Part shown: piece after piece, positions 55,818 through 62,905 of the stretch
How the letters are laid out: each line of letters begins with the position of its first letter
Position numbering within the stretch: the stretch's first letter is position 1
Source of the DNA: a virus
Lineage: Duplodnaviria > Caudoviricetes
Virus record (IMG/VR): IMGVR_UViG_3300025387_000009
Length of the DNA stretch: 64,000 nucleotides
Direction: 5' to 3' (one strand)
The notes under the pieces: generated by a model
Seen by the model: only the letters and a program-made list of their open reading frames with translations
Told to the model about the DNA's origin: nothing
Databases searched by the model: none
Position numbers and translations under genes: made by a program

Positions 55818-56390
55818 ATGATCACACCTACCACCATCACCAATTACAATCGCACCGAAGAAGAACTGGAAGAGTTCTTGATGTTCGCAATCCTTGTCGC
55901 AGGAAAGGGAGCAGAGCAACAGGCAAAGAAACTGGATGCTTTTCTCACTCTTTGCTTGCACAAGCATCGCAACAAACCATTTGCCCACATCAAGCATCTT
56001 GCGAGTATGGGTTGGCTTGAGATTCACATGAAGCAGTTCAAGCTAGGTCAATACAATCGTGTTGGCAATGCCTTCAAGGAGATCCTCAAGTTCAAGGGTA
56101 AACTCAAGAAGGTGACTATCGAAGAACTGGAGAGTGTCAAGGGAATTGGTAGCAAGACTGCTAGGTTCTTTGTCCTGCACTCTCGACCAGATGCCAAGGT
56201 TGCAGTCCTTGACACTCATATCTTAAAGTGGATGAGTGAGAAGGGATACAAGGTTCCCAAGGCAACTCCCCCCAAAAAGAAATATGCAGATATTGAGAAA
56301 TTGTTCTTGACAGAGGCAATCAATCATCAGATGACCCCAGCAGATTTGGACTTGACTATCTGGAAGTCCTATGCTACAAAGGCAAAATGA
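55818..56390 (+). CDS. HhH-GPD superfamily DNA glycosylase (OGG/AGOG-like)
   Basis: HhH motif LESVKGIGSKTARFF followed by VAVLDTHILKWM with the catalytic Asp. Confidence 0.8.
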   Translation: MITPTTITNYNRTEEELEEFLMFAILVAGKGAEQQAKKLDAFLTLCLHKHRNKPFAHIKHLASMGWLEIHMKQFKLGQYNRVGNAFKEILKFKGKLKKVTIEELESVKGIGSKTARFFVLHSRPDAKVAVLDTHILKWMSEKGYKVPKATPPKKKYADIEKLFLTEAINHQMTPADLDLTIWKSYATKAK

Positions 56391-56515
56391 AAACCACATC
56401 ATTCTCAATCGTCATCAAAGACATCAAGATTCGCAAGCACTTCGCACCTGCTACCAAGAAGATCAATTCAAAAAAGATCTACAAGAGAAACAAAGTTGTT
56501 GACACCAGAGACTAG
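56387..56515 (+). CDS. Small basic protein (42 aa), absent from the ORF track
   Basis: MKTTSFSIVIKDIKIRKHFAPATKKINSKKIYKRNKVVDTRD. ATGA overlap with the upstream gene. Confidence 0.6.
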   Translation: MKTTSFSIVIKDIKIRKHFAPATKKINSKKIYKRNKVVDTRD

Positions 56516-56536
56516 TTCTGCCATACTTCTAATCCT

Positions 56537-56704
56537 ATGAAAGACCCAATTACCCTTTTGCTTCGTTTCTTTGGAAAGGAAGTAAATCCCAAAACCTCCC
56601 TGTTGTATAAACACATCATGGAGACAACACACAGCAATTGGCACACACGCCTATTCAACAACAACCAAATCGGAAAATACGAATACAACCTGTACAACAA
56701 ATGA
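56537..56704 (+). CDS. Small hypothetical protein (55 aa), absent from the ORF track
   Basis: MKDPITLLLRFFGKEVNPK..., preceded by a TTGACA...CATACT promoter-like pair. Confidence 0.55.
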   Translation: MKDPITLLLRFFGKEVNPKTSLLYKHIMETTHSNWHTRLFNNNQIGKYEYNLYNK

Positions 56705-57291
56705 AATCAGTTCTACCAATTCAAATCGAAACACCAACTCTCAACGAGAGAACGTTCCATATTGGAGGGTGTGTCCAAGGAGCAAAACCAGTGGCAGGAA
56801 TCTTCTGCTACAGTTTTGAGCATTGGGATTTTGCAAGATCTTTAAACAAGAAAGCACTTGAAACTTTCAAGAGTCTTGTCAATGAGATTCTTGAGATTAA
56901 ACTGGATCAACTTATGGATGATTCGGAGATCTGGCAGATTGAAGGAAATTGGATGGGAATGCTTCATGACTCATACCACATTCTGGTTGTCAAGAATCTT
57001 CAGAAGGCAATCAATACCGACAAGTGGCATATGGAAAGTGATATGTTCATGGAGGATGCACTCTACCAGATGCTTGAAGAATCCTTTGCTCTTGCTGGTG
57101 ACAATGAAGGATATGGTGACCATCGTAAGAAGTGGGCATCGGTTTTCAAGTCCCTTGGTTGGAAAGATGAGAACGAACTCTTCGCAAACGGAACCCCAGA
57201 AGATCTTTATTGGGATCTTGACTTTGAGATGCTCAAGCCAAGCAAGAAGGCAATAAAGGATTACTGTGACTTTCTTCGCAAAGCATATTAA
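56701..57291 (+). CDS. Hypothetical protein
   Basis: Start moved to the ATG at 56701 (ATGA overlap). Confidence 0.65.
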   Translation: MKSVLPIQIETPTLNERTFHIGGCVQGAKPVAGIFCYSFEHWDFARSLNKKALETFKSLVNEILEIKLDQLMDDSEIWQIEGNWMGMLHDSYHILVVKNLQKAINTDKWHMESDMFMEDALYQMLEESFALAGDNEGYGDHRKKWASVFKSLGWKDENELFANGTPEDLYWDLDFEMLKPSKKAIKDYCDFLRKAY

Positions 57292-57329
57292 TACTTGACA
57301 AAAAGTTAAAACCTGTTAAGATATAAAGA

Positions 57330-57426
57330 TTGGTGGTATCTATTGAGAGTAGTGGCTCAATAGAGTTCATAGGGAAGCCCTTCCTCCTCCTAGTGGTTTG
57401 GGGGGAGGAAGGCAACCCGACACCAG
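57330..57426 (+). ncRNA. Candidate three-way-junction RNA or structured leader
   Basis: Starts at the predicted TSS of TTGACA(57295)-16-TAAGAT(57317). P1 TGGTG/CACCA, P2 CTATTGAG/CTCAATAG and a 12-13-bp P3. Confidence 0.55.
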
Positions 57427-57442
57427 ACAAAAACAAAACTAT

Positions 57443-57628
57443 ATGAAGCACATCCCAACCCTCCAAGTCCTCTTCTTCCAAGAACATAATCTGTATGGTT
57501 ATGAATATGATGACGAAACAGGCTTGACACAGACTGAATACGGACATCTCACCCTTGATGCCTGTCTTGGTTCTGCCTTCAAACATCTCAAGACTTTCCT
57601 TGTCTTGCCAGATGTTGAAACTCGTTAA
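57443..57628 (+). CDS. Hypothetical protein
   Basis: Start moved to the ATG at 57443. Confidence 0.6.
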   Translation: MKHIPTLQVLFFQEHNLYGYEYDDETGLTQTEYGHLTLDACLGSAFKHLKTFLVLPDVETR

Positions 57629-57674
57629 AAATAATCATTGACATTCTAAATCCTTTCTGCAAGGATCGCACCCT

Positions 57675-57887
57675 ATGACAACCACAAGACCCACCATCCA
57701 AATCTCCACGACTATGTTCTGGAGTGTCTACAACACCCTTCTCAATACCGAGAGGGCATTAGCCGAACTAGAGGACGAGAACCTCTATCCCAACCAGATC
57801 GAAGCACACAAAGATGTTTGCACTGCTCTGGGTCGTTTGGAAACAATCGTGTCAACTCTAAAGGACATTGATTATAATGCAAACTGA
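57675..57887 (+). CDS. Hypothetical helical protein
   Basis: 70-aa ORF downstream of a TTGACA box. Confidence 0.6.
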   Translation: MTTTRPTIQISTTMFWSVYNTLLNTERALAELEDENLYPNQIEAHKDVCTALGRLETIVSTLKDIDYNAN

Positions 57888-58140
57888 AACCATACAGAAG
57901 AAACCCAGAAAGCCCAAGAAGGTTTCCAGAGACTCGACGCACTTCCTGATTCATGTATATGGTGACAAGGAAATGCTTCAGCATCTTTATTCCGTAGGGG
58001 ATGTTCCCAAGGATAAGAAGAAAGCACTTGACTTGATGAAGGATCTCTATACAACGGATCTGATGCACAGCAAGTATTATTTCTATGAACTGGTGGAGCA
58101 ATCCTTCAAGACAATCGACACCTTGCCCAACAACAAATGA
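57877..58140 (+). CDS. Hypothetical protein
   Basis: Start moved to the ATG at 57877. Confidence 0.6.
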   Translation: MQTETIQKKPRKPKKVSRDSTHFLIHVYGDKEMLQHLYSVGDVPKDKKKALDLMKDLYTTDLMHSKYYFYELVEQSFKTIDTLPNNK

Positions 58141-58412
58141 CAACATTCACAGGCGAACAGAGAAGCGAAGGATACGAAAATACCAAATGGCAGAATATCT
58201 ATATCTCGCCTTCAGTAAATCCATCCAAGAAAGAAGATTGGTATCAGGTAATTGATACCAGAAAGAGTTGGAGAAACAATGACCAGTGGACTCGCATCAT
58301 TAAGAGAGAAGGAGTTAGAATTAGCTTCGCAAAGAAAAGCCAGATGAGTTCATTTGATCGTGAAGTGGAAATCTATATCAATCATCATTATCCCCTGCCA
58401 CAAAATGATTAA
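58137..58412 (+). CDS. Hypothetical protein
   Basis: ATGA overlap with the upstream gene. Confidence 0.6.
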   Translation: MTTFTGEQRSEGYENTKWQNIYISPSVNPSKKEDWYQVIDTRKSWRNNDQWTRIIKREGVRISFAKKSQMSSFDREVEIYINHHYPLPQND

Positions 58413-58518
58413 CACGATTCTTACGATTCTGCTTGCAATCGTGCTAGCATATCTGTTACCTTTCAACATCATCCTTGCCCTTTTGCTTGTGGTGATCATC
58501 ATTCAGTTAAACAAATAA
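58405..58518 (+). CDS. Very hydrophobic 37-aa membrane peptide, absent from the ORF track
   Basis: MINTILTILLAIVLAYLLPFNIILALLLVVIIIQLNK. Confidence 0.6.
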   Translation: MINTILTILLAIVLAYLLPFNIILALLLVVIIIQLNK

Positions 58519-58539
58519 ACAACCAACCAAACCAAACAC

Positions 58540-59175
58540 ATGCCCAACCATTGCACCAACCTACTGATCTGCACTAGCGGAAAGACCATCGGAGAACTTG
58601 TCAAGCCCTATATCTCCGAGAGAACCGATAGACAAGGAGTGGAGAGATTCCTTGACTTCAATAAGATTGTCCCAATGCCTCCCTGCATTGAAGAGTCTTC
58701 TAAGTTTGGAGACATCGACTACATTACCTCAAAGAGGACTCCAGAAGAGGAAGCCATTGAGAAACAAAAACAGGATGAAAATAAACAAACCTGTGTAGAC
58801 GAGACAGGTTTTAGCGGATGGTATGAGTGGTGTAAAGCCAAGTGGGATACCAAGTGGAATTCCTACAGCAACCTTACTCTGGAGGATTCTTCCAATGAGA
58901 TTGAGGATCTGAGCAGCTACTGCTTCCAGACTGCATGGTGTCCCCCAACCAATGTCATTCGTGAACTCGCTAAGATTACCGGAGAGACCATTGAGATGTA
59001 TTACTACGACGAAGGACACATGTTCTTTGGATGCACCACGTTCTCTAAGGATAGTGAGAACGACGAATGCTACGAAGCAGAAGAAGCGGCGGACATCGAC
59101 CCAGAAAGTGATATCTACAAGTATTGCGATCTTGACTATTACTTTGAGATGCATGAAGATGATGATGAAGAGTAA
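58540..59175 (+). CDS. DUF1281/YubB-like ferredoxin-fold protein
   Basis: MPNHC.N.L...LDFNKIVPMP...WYEW...WDTKWN...FQTAWCPP...YYDEG..F.G. Confidence 0.8.
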   Translation: MPNHCTNLLICTSGKTIGELVKPYISERTDRQGVERFLDFNKIVPMPPCIEESSKFGDIDYITSKRTPEEEAIEKQKQDENKQTCVDETGFSGWYEWCKAKWDTKWNSYSNLTLEDSSNEIEDLSSYCFQTAWCPPTNVIRELAKITGETIEMYYYDEGHMFFGCTTFSKDSENDECYEAEEAADIDPESDIYKYCDLDYYFEMHEDDDEE

Positions 59176-59180
59176 TCATC

Positions 59181-59378
59181 ATGACAGAGAATCAGTACAA
59201 AGATCTCACTAGGAAGGCAATGATAAGGGAGTATCTACTCTTAAGACAGAATACGATCTCCCTTATCGATGCCACCAATGAACTCTACGGCTTTATAGAA
59301 GAGAACTTCCAAGAAGACGATGAGTTTAAAGAAAAACTTGACAACTACGATCAACTAGTAGAGAGTATAAATCTGTAA
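59181..59378 (+). CDS. Hypothetical helical protein
   Basis: 65-aa ORF. Confidence 0.6.
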   Translation: MTENQYKDLTRKAMIREYLLLRQNTISLIDATNELYGFIEENFQEDDEFKEKLDNYDQLVESINL

Positions 59379-59437
59379 CCGTGTTTTTATACAACACCGT
59401 GTTAAAATACAACACCGTGTTTTATTACCACGCAAGT
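59377..59437. repeat. 18-bp-periodic ATACAACACCGTGT element, copy C (three units)
   Basis: CCGTGT at 59379, 59397 and 59415, followed by TATTACCACGCAAGT. Confidence 0.85.
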
Positions 59438-59481
59438 ACGCACACAACACCCGTAACCCACACACGCTCGTATACCCGCAT

Positions 59482-59682
59482 ATGAAGATTAAAACCAGTA
59501 TAGTAATTAACTCAGAAGATGCTGACTACATCATCGAAGTCTCAGAGGATTGTTCAGACTACACGACAATCAAGGAAAGACTTGATGATGAGACAGAGAA
59601 GATCGTTCTGACTATCCCAAATAAGCAGATAGAAGAATTCTCTCAGGCAATCCAAGAACACATCAGAATCCACGGACTATGA
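59482..59682 (+). CDS. Acidic hypothetical protein
   Basis: 66-aa ORF. Confidence 0.6.
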   Translation: MKIKTSIVINSEDADYIIEVSEDCSDYTTIKERLDDETEKIVLTIPNKQIEEFSQAIQEHIRIHGL

Positions 59683-59894
59683 AAATAGCACACGACCCAG
59701 ATCCCAGAAACATAGGTTACTGTAAGGGGGGTTTATCCACGGATATGATGAAGGAGTTTCAAACAACCCCTACGACGGAGGAAGCTTTAATTACGACGAA
59801 CTCTATAGACACCTTCAATACAAGATTGGATATGATGCAGGAGTCGCTGAATACTGTACAGATTTCCATCCAGAAGAACAGTCTTCGTAAGTAA
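59679..59894 (+). CDS. Hypothetical protein
   Basis: ATGA overlap with the upstream gene. Confidence 0.5.
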   Translation: MKIAHDPDPRNIGYCKGGLSTDMMKEFQTTPTTEEALITTNSIDTFNTRLDMMQESLNTVQISIQKNSLRK

Positions 59895-59957
59895 TTGTAA
59901 GATAATAACTTGTAGGATAAATGAATATAATGTGTTCATTTATCTTACAACGCAGTC

Positions 59958-59994
59958 TTGGGTGGATATAGAAGAAACATTTTATTTTACCCAA
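59958..59994 (+). promoter_or_regulatory. 37-bp element copy
   Basis: TTGGG-tggatatagaagaaacattttatttta-CCCAA. Confidence 0.8.
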
Positions 59995-60104
59995 ACTAAT
60001 ATATGGATGTTATATTAGTTAAAAAACATATACGAAAAAAAATTAATATAACTTAATTCTTTTTTCTTGATTAGTTGCTAGGGATTTGATCTACTGGTTG
60101 TCCT

Positions 60105-60359
60105 ATGAGCAAAGTACCACACAACACCGACGAGGGTTTCGCCCTCACCACCCCAGCCCAGATCGACACCTTCCGTCTGGCTACCATCAAGATGGGATTG
60201 AAGGCACTCCAACACGGCATGGTCATCACCAGAGGAGCCAATGCCAAGTACCTCCTCTCCTGCCTCTCCCAGTATACTGGCAAGAAGTATTCCCCTCGCA
60301 AAGATGTCCAGCAGGGAATCGCTGACATCGAAGAGATCATGAGGAAGGTCACCTCCTAA
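60105..60359 (+). CDS. Hypothetical protein
   Basis: 84-aa ORF with early-region codon usage, followed by a terminator. Confidence 0.65.
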   Translation: MSKVPHNTDEGFALTTPAQIDTFRLATIKMGLKALQHGMVITRGANAKYLLSCLSQYTGKKYSPRKDVQQGIADIEEIMRKVTS

Positions 60360-60372
60360 AAATCCCCCAATC

Positions 60373-60406
60373 AAAAATCCCCTTGCAAGTCAAGGGGATT
60401 TTTTTT
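60373..60406 (+). terminator. Rho-independent terminator, possibly bidirectional
   Basis: ATCCCCTTG/CAAGGGGAT stem flanked by A- and T-tracts. Confidence 0.85.
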
Positions 60407-60417
60407 GTATTCATACC

Positions 60418-60513
60418 TTGGGGAGAATTATTTGAAAGAAATTATTTTACCCAAGGTTCCAATGCCTTGGGCGTATGCTCCAAAAAGTTTGGGTAAAATG
60501 AAATCTTTTTTCC
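60418..60513. promoter_or_regulatory. 37-bp element copy (60418-60454) plus an inverted half-element (60486-60512)
   Basis: TTGGG-gagaattatttgaaagaaattatttta-CCCAA. The inverted half is identical over 27 bp to 54057-54083. Confidence 0.8.
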
Positions 60514-60683
60514 TTCAGACTTTTTTGATTTTGTCAATAGGGAAAAATAAAAATCACCTACCCCTAAAAATAGCAGTTGACCAATGAGGAGGAATATGAT
60601 CTACTTGATCCATAGTCAAAAACGGCTATGACCTCTAAACCGAAGGTGCAAATCGGAAAGGGCGGAAATCCCTTATTGATAGT

Positions 60684-61145
60684 ATGAACATCGAAATCAT
60701 CAAGCAAATCGTCAAGAGCCGCAAGGGGTCGAACCTCTCGGCTGTTATCACCAAGACCCTCAAGACCAAAAAGCCCCATGCTGGCAACAAGATCGAGAAG
60801 ATCACCAAGCTGGTCATTCGTGGTGGCGTTGAATACGACAACATGGGAGTTGTCAAGGAAGGTCGTGAGGAAGGAACTCTCCCTTCCGAAAACGCTGGTC
60901 TGCCTTGGGGTGAGTGGTCAGAGTATCCCCTTCACATTACCCACAAGGGAGCAGATTACGCTCGGTTCTACCCTGCTTCTGGTATCAAGTTCACCCCTCA
61001 TGTTGAGTATTTCCTCAACGGAGTGAGCGTTGACAAGAGCGTGATTGAGCCTCTGGTTCTCGCCTCTGAACTCCCCAAGCCCAAGGAGGAAGAGCCTTTG
61101 TGCTTTACAATCAAAGCGGAGAATGTAAAGGATATCATCCTCTAA
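60684..61145 (+). CDS. Hypothetical phage protein
   Basis: 153-aa ORF, GVEYDNM...LPWGEW...ITHKG..Y.RFYP. Confidence 0.7.
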   Translation: MNIEIIKQIVKSRKGSNLSAVITKTLKTKKPHAGNKIEKITKLVIRGGVEYDNMGVVKEGREEGTLPSENAGLPWGEWSEYPLHITHKGADYARFYPASGIKFTPHVEYFLNGVSVDKSVIEPLVLASELPKPKEEEPLCFTIKAENVKDIIL

Positions 61146-61158
61146 TTTCCCCCCAACC

Positions 61159-61193
61159 GAAGAGAGGGAGTCACCCCCCGACTCCCTCTCTTC
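61159..61193. other. 14-bp perfect hairpin lacking a U-tract
   Basis: GAAGAGAGGGAGTC/GACTCCCTCTCTTC. Confidence 0.7.
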
Positions 61194-61247
61194 AACCTTC
61201 AAAAAAAAAACAAAACACCGATAAAACATATCATTCTACCCAACATC

Positions 61248-61511
61248 ATGAAAGACCGCATCCACTCCACGCTCATCGTCGCACTCCTCATCACCCTTCT
61301 TTGTGCCATTGATTGCCTCGCCACTAGCCTCTACTGGCAACATCAAGCAATCGTGCATCATGCCGCTTTCTTTGAAGCATCATCTTGGGGGAATGTCTCC
61401 TTCCATTGGGAGGACGATTCCTATGCCCATGCTCCCTTCCAAGACTTCACCTACTACCAGAACAAGGTGCAGGAAGCCTTCAACAAGACAATCCCTACTG
61501 ATTCAAAGTAA
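61248..61511 (+). CDS. Membrane-anchored or secreted hypothetical protein
   Basis: N-terminal hydrophobic segment. Confidence 0.6.
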   Translation: MKDRIHSTLIVALLITLLCAIDCLATSLYWQHQAIVHHAAFFEASSWGNVSFHWEDDSYAHAPFQDFTYYQNKVQEAFNKTIPTDSK

Positions 61512-61591
61512 TGGAAGATTCTCGCCTCAATGACCTGATTGCCTTGCGTGACCAAATCGCTCGTGACTTACAGGATGTTAAAACCAGATAG
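61511..61591 (+). CDS. 26-aa peptide, absent from the ORF track
   Basis: MEDSRLNDLIALRDQIARDLQDVKTR. TAATG coupling to the upstream gene. Confidence 0.45.
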   Translation: MEDSRLNDLIALRDQIARDLQDVKTR

Positions 61592-61621
61592 AATTTATTC
61601 TCACCGCCGACAACAGAAACA

Positions 61622-61837
61622 ATGACAACTCTGACTCCTAGATCAGTCATCGAAAATCTCCTCAATGGCAATCTCACGAAAGCCACAACCGATGCAACAT
61701 ATTATTCTACCCAAACTCACCTTGATGAGGCAATGGGCATGGGATACAACTACAACGATGCCTTGATCATGGGAGCCTATCTCACGGGTCAAATCTGCTT
61801 CCAAGACTACGCCGACAACTTCAACAACAGAAAATGA
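61622..61837 (+). CDS. Hypothetical protein
   Basis: 71-aa ORF. Confidence 0.6.
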   Translation: MTTLTPRSVIENLLNGNLTKATTDATYYSTQTHLDEAMGMGYNYNDALIMGAYLTGQICFQDYADNFNNRK

Positions 61838-62031
61838 ATATCTTCCTCATGCGTAAATACACGACAAGGATCAATCTCTTCCTTGCCTTTGCATTCTTTT
61901 TGACTCTCGCATCCTGCTACACAACCTATCTCAACAAGCTGAAGAAAGATCCAACGCTTCCTTGGCAAGCAATGTTCCTTCAGATCCAGCCTCAACCATC
62001 TTGGCAGAGAGCCACCCCATTCAATAGTTAA
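61834..62031 (+). CDS. Small membrane protein
   Basis: Hydrophobic segment INLFLAFAFFLTLASC. ATGA overlap with the upstream gene. Confidence 0.55.
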   Translation: MNIFLMRKYTTRINLFLAFAFFLTLASCYTTYLNKLKKDPTLPWQAMFLQIQPQPSWQRATPFNS

Positions 62032-62049
62032 TTGCCATAGAAAAAACCA

Positions 62050-62088
62050 TCCCCCTGATCTTGTGGTGAGGTCAGGGGGATTTTTCTT
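62050..62088 (+). terminator. Rho-independent terminator
   Basis: TCCCCCTGAT/GTCAGGGGGA stem followed by TTTTTCTTT. Confidence 0.8.
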
Positions 62089-62096
62089 TCCCCACC

Positions 62097-62133
62097 TTGG
62101 GTAGAGAATACTGAATCATTTTATTTTACCCAA
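62097..62133 (+). promoter_or_regulatory. 37-bp element copy
   Basis: TTGGG-tagagaatactgaatcattttatttta-CCCAA. Confidence 0.8.
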
Positions 62134-62226
62134 GGTTTTTTCCTATACGAATTTTCTTGATCTATAGATTATTTTCTATAGAGTTTTCTCCAGAAGGCAC
62201 AACCTCCTTCTCGCAGTATCACCACT

Positions 62227-62604
62227 ATGGCAACTCGTCTCTACGTCAACGCTCCCTCCAATGTCATCGAACGCCTCATTGGTGTTCCCATTGGAACTAC
62301 CGAAATCCTCAACCAGTTTGAGGAGCGCACCAAGTCGTATGACTCCTACGACCAGTATCAGCTTCGCCAGCTGGAGCCTAACCTCGCCAAACTCCATGAC
62401 TTCCAAGTCTTTGGATACGGTCGCCTCACTGGTGCGGCTATGAACTCCATCCGTGCCTTTGCTCCCAAGGACGCTGGCGAGGATTTCCTGTGGTGCGGCT
62501 CCACTAGCGATCAGTCCGCTATCGGTAACATTCTGGAAGATCAGCTAGGCAACCTCGTCCACGACGATATCGTTGCCCAGATTGATTCCCTCTCTTGGAG
62601 TTAA
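62227..62604 (+). CDS. Hypothetical protein
   Basis: 125-aa GC-rich ORF in its own promoter-terminator unit. Confidence 0.7.
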   Translation: MATRLYVNAPSNVIERLIGVPIGTTEILNQFEERTKSYDSYDQYQLRQLEPNLAKLHDFQVFGYGRLTGAAMNSIRAFAPKDAGEDFLWCGSTSDQSAIGNILEDQLGNLVHDDIVAQIDSLSWS

Positions 62605-62619
62605 TCCATCTAGAAATTC

Positions 62620-62650
62620 CCCTGTCCTTAATTGGGCAGGGGTTTTTCTT
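62620..62650 (+). terminator. Rho-independent terminator
   Basis: CCCCTGTCC/GGGCAGGGG stem followed by TTTTTCTT. Confidence 0.8.
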
Positions 62651-62661
62651 TGCCTTCGTAC

Positions 62662-62754
62662 TAGGGTAAAAGTTTCTGAATCTTTTTATTTTACCCAAAT
62701 CTCCCACCCTTCCAAAATCCCTTGCGCTTCGCCGCAAATACATTTGGGTAAAAT
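62662..62754. promoter_or_regulatory. 37-bp element copy (62662-62698) plus an inverted half-element (62744-62753)
   Basis: TAGGG-taaaagtttctgaatctttttatttta-CCCAA, then TTGGGTAAAA. Confidence 0.8.
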
Positions 62755-62905
62755 GATTTCTTTTCTCGCTCAGAGTTCTCTCCCTTTGTCAACACCGAAA
62801 AAGAAAAAGTTTTTTCCTGCACGAATTTGTTTGAACTATTCAGTAATTCCTGTACAGTAAATCCAACCTGAAGAGCCAACAGAATAAAACGGGCAACAAC
62901 ACCAC

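Noticed and set aside
57348-57426. Fourth tRNA (GTGGCTCAAT resembles a D-arm start)
   Set aside because: There is no acceptor stem, anticodon arm or T-loop, and the segment pairs within a different hairpin.
59377-59437. Mini-CRISPR array
   Set aside because: The period is only 18 bp, with 4-nt gaps that are too short to be spacers.
60628-60687. 19-aa upstream ORF coupled (ATGA) to gene 60684
   Set aside because: It is too short to support without translation data, and the region could equally be a structured leader.
48843-62753. Integron attC sites as the identity of the 37-bp element
   Set aside because: There are no RYYYAAC/GTTRRRY boxes, the interior is not self-complementary in most copies, and no integrase is in the window. 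A different recombination role remains open.
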